Below, piece by piece: positions 10,271 through 19,667 of a stretch of 64,000 nt of DNA (position 1 is the stretch's first letter; each line of letters starts with the position of its first letter). A model generated the notes under the pieces. The model saw only the letters and a list, made by a program, of their open reading frames with translations, was not told the DNA's origin and made no database searches. The stretch is from positions 128,001 to 192,000 of the forward strand of contig OZ219871.1 of assembly GCA_964291495.2 (NCBI GenBank). Direction: 5' to 3'. A program made the position numbers and the translations under genes. This DNA comes from Dehalococcoidia bacterium. GTDB taxonomy: Bacteria; Chloroflexota; Dehalococcoidia; UBA2979.

Positions 10271-11698
10271 CTACAGCGCCGCCAGCCACTCGCGGTACGC
10301 AACCACACGCGAGAGGGCGAGGGCGGCTCGGTCGAAGGACTGGTAGACGGCAAAGCCGCGTCCGATCACGTCGTCGCGCAGCGGGATCACGTCCTCGTCC
10401 TTGTGGCCGGGGTGCATCACCGTCACGAGCGGCAGGCCGGTGCGCGTGCGGAAGTCATCGAGGGTGCCCATCATCTCGTCGAACAGCCCCGGCTCTTCCT
10501 TCCAGAAGCGCGCGAAGAAGTTCGCCGTGAACTCGTACACCATGCCGTCGATGTTCGGGTCCTCGGCGAGGATGTCCATGATCCGCCGCAGGTGGTCCGA
10601 GTCGCCCGCGCGCCCGATCGTGTTCGCCATGTCGAACGGGTTGCGGTAGGAGCCGCCGATCACGTTGAAGAACTCGCCCAGCTGCTCGTAGGAGTTGTCC
10701 GCCAGCTCCGGCACCTCGAGGCCGACGCGACCGAAGGCGTCCGAGATCGCGACCGACTGCCCGCCCGTCATCGCCATCAGCGCCAGGCGGCGGCCCTGCG
10801 GCGGCGCCGAGTGCACCAGCGCCTGGATGACGTCGATCACCTCGTCCCCGCTGTTGGCCGGGATCGCGCCGGTCTGCTTGATCAGCGCGTCCCAGGTCGC
10901 CGATGAGGTCGCGAGCGAGGCCGTGTGCGAGCGCGTCGCGCGCTGTCCGGCGCTGGTCTGCCCGCCCTTCCAGATCACCACCGGCTTGATGCGCGTGGTC
11001 TCGCGCAGCGCCTCGAAGAAGCGCCGCCCATCCTTCAATCCCTCGAGGTACATCCCGATCACCTCGGTGTCGGGGTCGTCCCGCAGGTACTCGAGGTAGT
11101 CCGCCTCGTTGACGACCACCGCGTTGCCGATCGAGATGCCGCGGCCGACGCCGATGCCGGCGCGCTGGGCGGCCGTGGTCATGTTGATCGTGTGCGTCCC
11201 GCTCTGGCCGACGATCGAGACGTTGCCGCTGTCGCCCTGGTCCACGTCGGAGTGGAACTTGACGCCTCGGCGGCGGTTGTAGACGCCCATGCAGTTCGGC
11301 CCGACGACGGGCATGCCGTCGGCGTTCGCCATCTCGACGATCGCTTCCTGCAGCTTGATGCCGTCCTCCTCGCCGGTCTCGGCGAAGCCGGCGGTGAACA
11401 TCGCCATCCCGGCGACGCCCTTCTTGATCGCGTCGCTAAGGATGAAGGGCGCGATGTTCCGGGGCACCGCGCAGATCACGAGGTCGATGTCCTCGGGGAC
11501 GTCTTCGAGCTTCAGGTAGTTGGTGAAGCCGCGCTTCTCGATCTCGACGATCTCGTTGGGGTCGAGCTGCACGGAGTAGAGCGGGCCCTGGAACTCGCGC
11601 TGGTTCTCGATCCAGCCGAAGTCCGGCCCCTTCGCGCCGACGACGGCGACGGTGCGCGGAGTGAGCGTGCGGTGCAGCCGATCGCGGTCGACGGCCAT
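10271..11698 (-). CDS. ADP-forming acyl-CoA synthetase, CoA-binding (alpha) subunit
   Basis: VVGPNCMG, GQSG, ISIGN, MYLEG, WKGG, SHTASLA phospho-His motif. Confidence 0.85.
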   Translation of the reverse strand: MAVDRDRLHRTLTPRTVAVVGAKGPDFGWIENQREFQGPLYSVQLDPNEIVEIEKRGFTNYLKLEDVPEDIDLVICAVPRNIAPFILSDAIKKGVAGMAMFTAGFAETGEEDGIKLQEAIVEMANADGMPVVGPNCMGVYNRRRGVKFHSDVDQGDSGNVSIVGQSGTHTINMTTAAQRAGIGVGRGISIGNAVVVNEADYLEYLRDDPDTEVIGMYLEGLKDGRRFFEALRETTRIKPVVIWKGGQTSAGQRATRSHTASLATSSATWDALIKQTGAIPANSGDEVIDVIQALVHSAPPQGRRLALMAMTGGQSVAISDAFGRVGLEVPELADNSYEQLGEFFNVIGGSYRNPFDMANTIGRAGDSDHLRRIMDILAEDPNIDGMVYEFTANFFARFWKEEPGLFDEMMGTLDDFRTRTGLPLVTVMHPGHKDEDVIPLRDDVIGRGFAVYQSFDRAALALSRVVAYREWLAAL

Positions 11699-11705
11699 CG
11701 AGGCG

Positions 11706-12410
11706 CTATGCCTCCGCGAGGACGACGCGCGCGTCCACCGCGATCGCGCCGTCCGGGCGCGCGAACACCGGGTTCAGGTCCAGCTCGGCGATCTCCGGGT
11801 GCGCCTCCGCGAAGGCGGAGACCTCGAGGATCATCGCCTCCAGCGCGTCGATGTCGGCGCCGGGCTGCCCGCGCACGCCCTCGAGGACCGGGTAGCCCTT
11901 GATCTCGCGCACGATCTGGCCGGCGTCGCGCGGCTCCAGGGGTACGATGCGGAAGGCCACGTCCTTGAGGACCTCGACCATGATGCCGCCGAGGCCGAAG
12001 GCGAGCACGGGCCCGAACTGCGGGTCCGTGGTCATGCCGATGATCACCTCGACGCCGGGGTCGGCCATCTGCTGCACGGAGACGCCGCCCACGTGGGCGT
12101 CCGGCTCGGCGGCCTTCACCGAGGCCATGATGCGGTCGTAGGCCGCGCGCACGGCGTCGCCGTCGCCAAGCCCGAGCTCGACGCCGCCGACATCGGACTT
12201 GTGGGCGATGTCGCCGGAGACGACCTTGAGGACGGCCGGGTAGCCGAACTCCTCGGCCGCTGCGACGGCCTCGTCGGCGCTCGTGGCGAGCCGCGCCTGG
12301 GTCACGTTGATGCCCGCGTCATGGAGCACCTGCTTGGACTCGACCTCGGTCAGTAGTGTGCGGCCGTCCGCGCGGGCGGCGGCGATCGGGTCGCTCAACT
12401 GGTGCTCCAA
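11706..12410 (-). CDS. ADP-forming acyl-CoA synthetase, ATP-grasp (beta) subunit
   Basis: GYPAVLKVVS.DIAHKSDVGGV, DPQFGPV, ELDLNPV, AVDAR. Confidence 0.9.
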   Translation of the reverse strand: MEHQLSDPIAAARADGRTLLTEVESKQVLHDAGINVTQARLATSADEAVAAAEEFGYPAVLKVVSGDIAHKSDVGGVELGLGDGDAVRAAYDRIMASVKAAEPDAHVGGVSVQQMADPGVEVIIGMTTDPQFGPVLAFGLGGIMVEVLKDVAFRIVPLEPRDAGQIVREIKGYPVLEGVRGQPGADIDALEAMILEVSAFAEAHPEIAELDLNPVFARPDGAIAVDARVVLAEA

Positions 12411-12490
12411 TCCTCGTTGCGGCGTAAGGCGCTGCGAGCATACGGACGCGCGTTCGTGAGCCGCAAGCGAGGCGGGCGGCGGAAGGAGCC

Positions 12491-13759
12491 TCAGGCGATG
12501 ACCCGGAACAGCCGGGAGCCCTCGATGCCGACCGGCCGGCGGAGCTGGTCGAGCGCGTGCCCGGCCAGTGCCGCCAGCGCGCGCCCGTCGTTCGGGTGGT
12601 GCACGGGCCCGGAGCGGACATCGCGGTAGCAGCGCTCAAGGGGAGAGCCGTCGCGGAGTGCTGCTCCGCCGACGACGCGCATCGCGGCGTCGACGACGCG
12701 GACCGCGGTCGAGGTGACGACCAGCTTCGCGGCCGCCTCGATTGGCTCGATCGCCTCGAAGCGGGGCGATTCGAGCAGTTCGAGTCCGGCTGCCGATGCG
12801 GCGACGAGGATCGTCGATTCGGCGGCCATCAGCTCGGCGTCCATCTGCCCGGTGAGCTCGCGGACGTGCGGGTCATCGGCGACGCGGGCCCCTCCGCCGG
12901 GCCGCCGGGTGCGGGCGTGCTCGACGGCGTGATTCCGCGCGGCGCGCGCGATACCGAGGTAGACCGCGGCGACCGGCAGCGCGAACCACGGAGTCATCGC
13001 CGGGCGCTTCGTGAGCACGCGGGAGGAGGAACGGTTGACGATGTCGTCCGCCTCGACGGGCGTGGCGTCGAAGATCACGTCGTGCGAGGCGGTCGCCCGC
13101 ATCCCGATCGCGTCCCAGGTCCGCTCGATCGAGATGCCGGGCGCCGACATCGGCAGCAGCACGAGGCAGACGTCGTCCGACCCGTCGTCCACCGAGGCGT
13201 AGACCACCGCGTGGCTCAGCCGCTCGGCGAACGTTGCGAACGACTTGCGTCCGCGCAGCAGCCAGCGGTCCGGGCCGTCCGGGGTGAGGGTCGTCGCGGG
13301 CCGCTCGAGGCGCTGCGGGGCCCCGAGCTCCGGCTCCGTGGCCAGGACGTTGAAGAGCGCGCCGGGCTGCCGGGCGTAGCCGAAGAGGCGTTCGCGGCGG
13401 CGCGGGTGCCAGCGCGTCCCCCACCCCTCGTTGCCGATGACCATCAGGTGCATCCCGACGCCGAGCGCGGTCGACGCGTCGTGCTCGGCGAGGGCAGCCT
13501 GCGCCAGCACGATCTCCCCGAGGCTGTGCCCGCCGCCGCCTGCCGGCCGTGGCATGACCGCATTCAGGTAGCCCGCGGCTCGCAGATCCTCGAGCAGTGC
13601 GGTGTTGATCTCGCCGCTGCGGTCGCACTCGGCCGCGGCGGCGGCGTGCGCGGCGCCGAGGTTGCGCGCGATGTCGATCAGCTCGCGGCACGGCGGCGCG
13701 ACCGTCGCCGGTCCGCCCAGTCCAACGAATCGTGTTGCTTCGGCGGGAGCGTGCGTCAC
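12491..13759 (-). CDS. Acyl-CoA dehydrogenase-family flavoprotein
   Basis: ATEPELG, LRGRKSFAT, WDAIGMRATASHDV, LERCYRDVR. Confidence 0.85.
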   Translation of the reverse strand: MTHAPAEATRFVGLGGPATVAPPCRELIDIARNLGAAHAAAAAECDRSGEINTALLEDLRAAGYLNAVMPRPAGGGGHSLGEIVLAQAALAEHDASTALGVGMHLMVIGNEGWGTRWHPRRRERLFGYARQPGALFNVLATEPELGAPQRLERPATTLTPDGPDRWLLRGRKSFATFAERLSHAVVYASVDDGSDDVCLVLLPMSAPGISIERTWDAIGMRATASHDVIFDATPVEADDIVNRSSSRVLTKRPAMTPWFALPVAAVYLGIARAARNHAVEHARTRRPGGGARVADDPHVRELTGQMDAELMAAESTILVAASAAGLELLESPRFEAIEPIEAAAKLVVTSTAVRVVDAAMRVVGGAALRDGSPLERCYRDVRSGPVHHPNDGRALAALAGHALDQLRRPVGIEGSRLFRVIA

Positions 13760-13794
13760 GGGTGACCTCCAGGCAGCGCTTCACGGAACCAGTA

Positions 13795-13811
13795 ATGATA
13801 CTCAGTATCAT
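13795..13811. promoter_or_regulatory. Perfect 17-bp palindrome, probable repressor operator
   Basis: ATGATACT-C-AGTATCAT in the AT-rich divergent intergenic region. Confidence 0.6.
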
Positions 13812-13891
13812 ACAACGGAGTCCAGACCCGACGGCTGGCCCGCCGGCACGCGCCCTTGCGCCTGTGCCGTGGGGGGCCAGACGATGGCTGC

Positions 13892-14593
13892 ATGGGCCTG
13901 CGCCGCCGCTTCGCTGCCTTCCGCGCCCGCCTCCGCGAGGCGCCCCGCCACGACGCCTCGCCCGACGAGGCCGAGGAGGCTCCGGCGGGCGAGGCGGTGC
14001 GCCCGAGGCTCGTCGTCGGCCTGGGCAACCCGGGCGCCGAGTACCGCGGTACGCGCCACAACGCCGGCGCCTCCTGCATCGAGCGGCTTGCCTCGCGCTA
14101 CGGCGCGCAGCTCTCGCGCGACCGCCGCGTGCTGCGCGCGACGATCGAGATCGAGGGGCACACGCTGCACCTCGCCACGCCGCGCAGCTACTACAACGAG
14201 AGCGGGCCGGCCGTCGCCTCGGAGCTGCGGCGGCTGCGCCTGCTGCGCGACGCCCTGCTCGTCGTCTACGACGAGATCGACCTGCCGCTCGCGCGCGTGC
14301 GGATGCGCCCGCAGGGCGGCCACGGCGGCAACAACGGGATGCGCTCGATCATCGGCTCGCTCGGCGGCGGCGACTTCCCGCGCATCCGCATCGGCATCGA
14401 CCGCCCCTACGACGACGGCAAGCCCGTGCGCGACCCCGACCGCGTGGCGGACTGGGTGCTCGGCAAGCCCGGCCGCGAGGAGCGTGAAGCCCTCGAGGCC
14501 GCCGTCGAGGCGGCAGCCGACGCGGTGGAGGTTGCCGTGCGCGAGAGCGTCGAGGCGGCGATGCGCAGCCTCCACGCCGGCGGCGAGGACTAG
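13892..14593 (+). CDS. pth: Peptidyl-tRNA hydrolase
   Basis: VVGLGNPG.EY..TRHNAG, YYNESG, GGHGGNNGMRSI, FPRIRIGI. Confidence 0.9.
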   Translation: MGLRRRFAAFRARLREAPRHDASPDEAEEAPAGEAVRPRLVVGLGNPGAEYRGTRHNAGASCIERLASRYGAQLSRDRRVLRATIEIEGHTLHLATPRSYYNESGPAVASELRRLRLLRDALLVVYDEIDLPLARVRMRPQGGHGGNNGMRSIIGSLGGGDFPRIRIGIDRPYDDGKPVRDPDRVADWVLGKPGREEREALEAAVEAAADAVEVAVRESVEAAMRSLHAGGED

Positions 14594-14714
14594 CCGCGCG
14601 GCGGGGCATAAACCCGCGCCGCGCTAGACTCGTTGTCACAACAGGCACACCTGACGAGGGGGCTCCGCCGGGAGCGCCCCGTCCTGGGGTGCGCGCCGCT
14701 GCAAGGAGGCCACA

Positions 14715-17700
14715 CTGGACGATCCGTCCCCCGGCTTCGCGGCGCCGCTCCAGGCGCTGCTCGACCCGCTCGGCGCGGTTCCGCCGCTTGCCGAGGCCTC
14801 AACGCGCCTCGGGAGGGGCGAGCGGCTGGCGCTCGGGGTGGCGGACGGCGCGAAGGCGGCGGTCGTGGCTGCGCTGCGGCACGGCCTGCGCCGACCGGCG
14901 CTGCTGCTGGTCCCGCGCGAGCGAGACGCCGAGGCCTACGCCGAAGCGCTCGCAGTCTGGGCCGGAGACGTGGCGTTGCACTTCCCCGCGCGGCCCGGGC
15001 TGCCCTACGCACGCGAACCTGCCCCGGCGGCGGTCACGCAGCGCCGTCTCGCGCTCCTCGCGAGGCTCGCGCTCGGCGACCGCGATCCAAACCCACCGCT
15101 CGTCATCGCCTCCGTGGCCGCGGCGACCGCCTTCACCGCACGCCGCGCCGACCTCGGAGCCGGGCCGGGGCGCGTCGTGGTTGGCGGGCGGATCGCCCTC
15201 GATGCCCTCGCGCTCGAGCTCGTCGAGGCGGGCTACACGCTCGGACCGCTTGTCGAGGCGCCGGGCGAGGCGGCGCGGCGCGGCGGCATCCTCGACGTCT
15301 TCCCACCGACCGAGGCGCTGCCCCTGCGTATCGAGCTGTTCGGCGACGCGGTCGAGTCGATCCGCCGCTTCGACCCGGAGACGCAGCGGACAGTCGAACG
15401 CCTCGAGGCGGCCGTGATCGGCCCGGCGCGCGAGTGGTTCCCGGACCGCCACGCGCTGCTCGAACTGGCGAGCCGCCTCGACGGCGCAACGCCGGCCGGC
15501 GGCGAGCTTGCCGAGGAGCTCGCGGCGCTGGGGCGCGGCGAGCTGACGGCGCCCGCGCGCTACGGGCCGCTCACCGGCGGAGCGACGCTGTTCGACCACC
15601 TCGGCGACGGCGCGCTGCTGATCGTCGACGAGGAGGACGCGGTGCTCGCCGCGGCGGCCGAGCAGGACGAGCTGACGGCGGAGCGCGCGCAGCTGCTCGC
15701 GCGCGAGGGCGAGCTGCCCGCGGAGACGCCGCGCCCGCACCTCGGCGAGCAGGCGCTGATCGAGCAGCTCGAGCGGCGGGCGCCGCGCGCGACGTTCTCG
15801 CGCTGGGCGACCGGGGCCGAGGCCGGCGCGATGCGTCTGCCGTTCGCGGCGCACGACGCCTACGCCGGGCGGTTGCAGGTCGCCGCACGCGAGCTGGAGC
15901 GACGGGTGCAGCGCGGTGATCGCATCGTCGTCGTCACCCAGCAGGCGCAGCGCTTCCGCGAACTGCTCGGCGAGGCGGGCGTGCCCGTCAGCGTCGAGAG
16001 CGGCCTCGAGGCGCCGCCAGCACCCGGCTCGCTCGCCCTCGTGCAGGGCTCGCTGCCGGGCGGCTGGCGCATCGCGACGCCCGAGGGCGAGCTGGCGCTG
16101 GCGACGGACCGCGAGCTGCTGGGCTTCATCCGCAAGCGGCGCGCGCTGCGCCGCGGCGCCTCGCACCGGGCACGCTTCCTCGCCGATGTCTCGCCGGGCG
16201 ACTTCGTCGTGCACGCCGACCACGGGATCGCGCGCTTCGCCGGCATCGTGCGCCGCGACGTGGGCGAGGAGCAGCGCGACTACCTGCAGCTGCGCTACGC
16301 GGGCGAGGACCGGCTCTACGTCCCGATCGAGCAGATCGATCGCGTTAGCCGCTACCTCGCGGACTCGGACCGGGCGCCGAGGCTCACCCGCCTCGGCACG
16401 CAGGAGTGGGCGCGGACGCGCGCCCGCGTGCGCGAGGCGGTCGGCGAGCTGGCGGCGGATCTGCTGCGCCTCTACGCCGCGCGCCAGCTGCTGCGCGGTC
16501 ACGCCTTCGCGGCCGACGGCGAGTGGCAGCACGAGCTGGAGTCCGCGTTCCCGTACGAGGAGACGCCGGACCAGGCGCGCGTGATTGCCGAGGTGAAGCG
16601 CGATATGGAGGCGCGCCAGCCGATGGACCGCATCGTGCTCGGCGATGTCGGCTTCGGGAAGACCGAGGTCGCCGTGCGCGCCGCCTTCAAGGCCGTCCAG
16701 GACGGCTACCAGGTCGCCATCCTCGTACCAACGACGGTGCTCGCCCAGCAGCACGAGCGCACTTTCCGTGAGCGCCTCGCGCCCTTCCCCGTCCGCATCG
16801 AGACGCTCTCGCGCTTCCGCACCGACGCCGAGGCGCGGGAGGTGCTCGCGGGCCTGCGCGAGGGCGCGATCGACATCGTGATCGGCACGCACCGGCTGCT
16901 CCAGCCGGGCGTCGAGTTCGCAAACCTCGGCCTCGTCGTAATCGACGAGGAGCAGCGCTTCGGCGTCGCGCACAAGGAGCGGCTGAAGCGGATGCGCCTC
17001 GAGGTGGACGTGCTCACGCTCTCGGCGACGCCGATTCCGCGCACGCTGCACATGACGCTGGCCGGCATTCGCGACATGTCGACGATGGAGTCGGCCCCGG
17101 AGGACCGCCTGCCCGTACAGACCTGGGTGGCCGAGTGGGACGGCGCGCTGGTGCGCGAGGCGATCCTCGGCGAGCTCGAACGCGGCGGACAGACCTACGT
17201 GGTCCACAACCGCGTGCACAGCATCGACCGGTTCGCCGAGCGGCTGCGCGCGCTCGTGCCGGAGGCGCGCATCGTGGTCGGGCACGGGCAGATGCACCGC
17301 GGGGTGCTGCGCAGCGTGATGGAGCGCTTCGCCGGCGGCGAAGCGGACGTGCTGGTCTGCACCACGATCATCGAGTCCGGCATCGACATCCCGAACGTGA
17401 ACACGCTGATTGTCGACCTCGCGGAACGCCTCGGGCTGGCGCAGCTCTACCAGCTGCGAGGGCGCGTCGGCCGCGGATCGCAGCAGGCGCGCGCCTACCT
17501 GCTGCATCGCCGTGGCGGCGTGCTCAACGAGGCTGCGCAGCAGCGCCTCGCCACCATCTTCGAGGCGACCGAGCTGGGCGCGGGCCTGCAGGTGGCGCTG
17601 CGCGACCTCGAGATCCGCGGCGCCGGCAACCTGCTGGGGGCGGAGCAGAGCGGCCAGATCGCCGCCGTCGGGTTCGACCTCTACACGCAGATGCTCGCGA

Positions 17701-18221
17701 GCGCCGTCGAGGGCCTGCGCGCGCGCCGCGACGGCGGCGAGGCGCCCGCGCCGCCGCCCGCCGTGGCGCTCGACCTGCCCGCCTCCGCCTTCATCCCCGA
17801 GCGCTACATCGAGGACCTCGAGGCGCGAATCGCGCTCTACCAGCGCATCGCCGGGCTGCGCGACCTGCGCGAGGAGACGGACCTGCGTTCCGAGGTGGTC
17901 GATCGCTTCGGCGAGATCCCGGAGCCGCTGAGCGAGCTGCTCGCCCTTGTGCGCATCCGCCTCGCCGCGGGCGAGGCGGGCGTCGCCGCGGTGCGTGCCG
18001 AGGGCGGCGAGATCGTCCTCGTCGCCCGCGAGGGCGCCCCGTTCGGCCGCCGCCGGCTCCCGCCGCTGCCGACCGGCGTGCGCATCGGGCAGATGCAGCT
18101 GCGGCTGCCTCGCGCAGCCCTCGGAGCGGACTGGCTCGACGCGATCGAGGCGCTGCTGCGCCTAATAGGTGAGCCGGACATGGCGACGCTCCATGCGCCT
18201 GTCGGGGCGGTGCGCGCATGA
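14715..18221 (+). CDS. mfd: Transcription-repair coupling factor (probable CTG start at 14715; ORF track starts at 14838)
   Basis: RGGILDVF, GDVGFGKTEVA, DEEQRFGV, LSATPIPRTL, QLRGRVGR, DLEIRGAGNLLG. Confidence 0.95.
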   Translation: MDDPSPGFAAPLQALLDPLGAVPPLAEASTRLGRGERLALGVADGAKAAVVAALRHGLRRPALLLVPRERDAEAYAEALAVWAGDVALHFPARPGLPYAREPAPAAVTQRRLALLARLALGDRDPNPPLVIASVAAATAFTARRADLGAGPGRVVVGGRIALDALALELVEAGYTLGPLVEAPGEAARRGGILDVFPPTEALPLRIELFGDAVESIRRFDPETQRTVERLEAAVIGPAREWFPDRHALLELASRLDGATPAGGELAEELAALGRGELTAPARYGPLTGGATLFDHLGDGALLIVDEEDAVLAAAAEQDELTAERAQLLAREGELPAETPRPHLGEQALIEQLERRAPRATFSRWATGAEAGAMRLPFAAHDAYAGRLQVAARELERRVQRGDRIVVVTQQAQRFRELLGEAGVPVSVESGLEAPPAPGSLALVQGSLPGGWRIATPEGELALATDRELLGFIRKRRALRRGASHRARFLADVSPGDFVVHADHGIARFAGIVRRDVGEEQRDYLQLRYAGEDRLYVPIEQIDRVSRYLADSDRAPRLTRLGTQEWARTRARVREAVGELAADLLRLYAARQLLRGHAFAADGEWQHELESAFPYEETPDQARVIAEVKRDMEARQPMDRIVLGDVGFGKTEVAVRAAFKAVQDGYQVAILVPTTVLAQQHERTFRERLAPFPVRIETLSRFRTDAEAREVLAGLREGAIDIVIGTHRLLQPGVEFANLGLVVIDEEQRFGVAHKERLKRMRLEVDVLTLSATPIPRTLHMTLAGIRDMSTMESAPEDRLPVQTWVAEWDGALVREAILGELERGGQTYVVHNRVHSIDRFAERLRALVPEARIVVGHGQMHRGVLRSVMERFAGGEADVLVCTTIIESGIDIPNVNTLIVDLAERLGLAQLYQLRGRVGRGSQQARAYLLHRRGGVLNEAAQQRLATIFEATELGAGLQVALRDLEIRGAGNLLGAEQSGQIAAVGFDLYTQMLASAVEGLRARRDGGEAPAPPPAVALDLPASAFIPERYIEDLEARIALYQRIAGLRDLREETDLRSEVVDRFGEIPEPLSELLALVRIRLAAGEAGVAAVRAEGGEIVLVAREGAPFGRRRLPPLPTGVRIGQMQLRLPRAALGADWLDAIEALLRLIGEPDMATLHAPVGAVRA

Positions 18222-18691
18222 CGGCCGGCCGGCGGGCGGTCGAGCTGCGCGCGGTCGCGCCGGGCGAGCGTGAGGCGTTCTTCGCGATGCTCGCGGACTA
18301 CCTCGCCGAACTCGACGCCTACGAGCTGTCGTGGGATCCCGCGCCACCCGTCGAGGCGTACCGGGACGCGCTCGACGCCGACCCGGACGGCCAGCAGGTC
18401 GAGTGGATGATCGCCGGGGGTCAGCGCGTGGGCTTCCTGATCACGCGCGTCGTCCCCGACTGGCCCGATGAGCAGCGCGAGATCGGCGAGGTGATCGAGT
18501 GCTACGTCGAGCCCGCGCAGCGCCTCGACGGCGTGGGACGCGCCGCCGTCGAGGTCTGGCTGGCGAGGATGCGCGCGCAGGGCGTCTCCGCGGTGGAGGC
18601 CTCGGTACTGTGGGCGAACACGCCGGCGCGGCGGTTCTGGGAGCGGCTCGGGTTCGAGAGGCGTTCGGTGCAGACGCTGCGCAGGCCATAG
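18218..18691 (+). CDS. GNAT-family N-acetyltransferase
   Basis: YVEPAQRLDGVGRA, N.PARRFWERLGF. Confidence 0.85.
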   Translation: MTAGRRAVELRAVAPGEREAFFAMLADYLAELDAYELSWDPAPPVEAYRDALDADPDGQQVEWMIAGGQRVGFLITRVVPDWPDEQREIGEVIECYVEPAQRLDGVGRAAVEVWLARMRAQGVSAVEASVLWANTPARRFWERLGFERRSVQTLRRP

Positions 18692-18718
18692 GCCCCGCGG
18701 CTCAGGAAGGAGCGGACC

Positions 18719-19627
18719 GTGATCTGGGACGTGCATTGCCATTTCCCTCGCGACTGGCGGAACCCCGAGGGCGAGGACCACGCGCAGCAGATCGACGCGC
18801 GCGCGGACGCCCTGCGCGCCGCCGGCGTCACGCACGCCTCGGTGCTCTGCGGGGGCCGCAACATCCCGGGGCCCTCGCACGACGAGGCGCTGCAGTACCT
18901 GGCGCGGCACGAGGACCTGATGGTCCCCGTTGCCTCGCTGCCGATGGAGGAGACGCCGGCCGGCGAGGTCGAGCGGCTCCACGACCTCGGCTACCGCGGC
19001 CTCAAGATCATCGGCTCGCCCCTGCCGATCGACGACCCGACCTACTTCCACGTCTACGCCGCCGCCGAGGAGCGGCGGATGCCGATCCTCTTCCACCTCG
19101 GCGTGATCGGCGGTGGCGTGGACTACGCGCGCACGCACCCGCGCCGCGACCCGGAGGCCGCCGCGGCGTTGCGCCGCTGGCAGGAGTTCCGCCGGCGCGG
19201 CGGACCGCGCAACGTCTCCGCGGCCCGGATGCGCCCCTTCCAGCTCGACACGATCGCGAACAACTTCCCGGACCTGCCGCTGATCGGCGCGCACCTCGGC
19301 GGCACGGGCAACTACGAGGAGGCCTCGTCGGTGGCGCGCTGGCGGCACAACGTGGTCTTCGACCTCTCCGGCGGCGAGACGATCGAGCGCCACGCGATGG
19401 AGCGCCGCCTGATCGGCCGCGAGATCGGCGTCGAGAAGCTGGTCTGGGGCTCGGACTGCGGCAACGAGGAGATCGGCCAGCACGTCGAGCGCTTCCGCTG
19501 GATGTTCGAGGCGCTTGGACTGAACGACGAGGAGCGCGAGCGCATTTGGTACCGTAACGCCGCGGAGTTGTTCGGGGAGGCGGAGCCGGTACTTGCCGAC
19601 GAGCAGCCAACCAACCGACCAGACTGA
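18719..19627 (+). CDS. Amidohydrolase family 2 protein
   Basis: DVHCH, RGLK, ILFHLG, IGAHLG, LVWGSD, NAAELF. Confidence 0.85.
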   Translation: MIWDVHCHFPRDWRNPEGEDHAQQIDARADALRAAGVTHASVLCGGRNIPGPSHDEALQYLARHEDLMVPVASLPMEETPAGEVERLHDLGYRGLKIIGSPLPIDDPTYFHVYAAAEERRMPILFHLGVIGGGVDYARTHPRRDPEAAAALRRWQEFRRRGGPRNVSAARMRPFQLDTIANNFPDLPLIGAHLGGTGNYEEASSVARWRHNVVFDLSGGETIERHAMERRLIGREIGVEKLVWGSDCGNEEIGQHVERFRWMFEALGLNDEERERIWYRNAAELFGEAEPVLADEQPTNRPD

Positions 19628-19667
19628 GGAACCGGACGGCGCGGCGGCCGAGGAGCCGGACGACGCC

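Noticed and set aside
14637-14700. Known riboswitch in the mfd leader
   Set aside because: Only a GC hairpin is evident; no recognisable aptamer consensus
14799-17507. Long antisense ORFs (e.g. 902 aa here; also 4454..6988, 1580..3421, 32227..34086)
   Set aside because: Shadow ORFs of high-GC coding genes on the opposite strand, with no recognisable motifs
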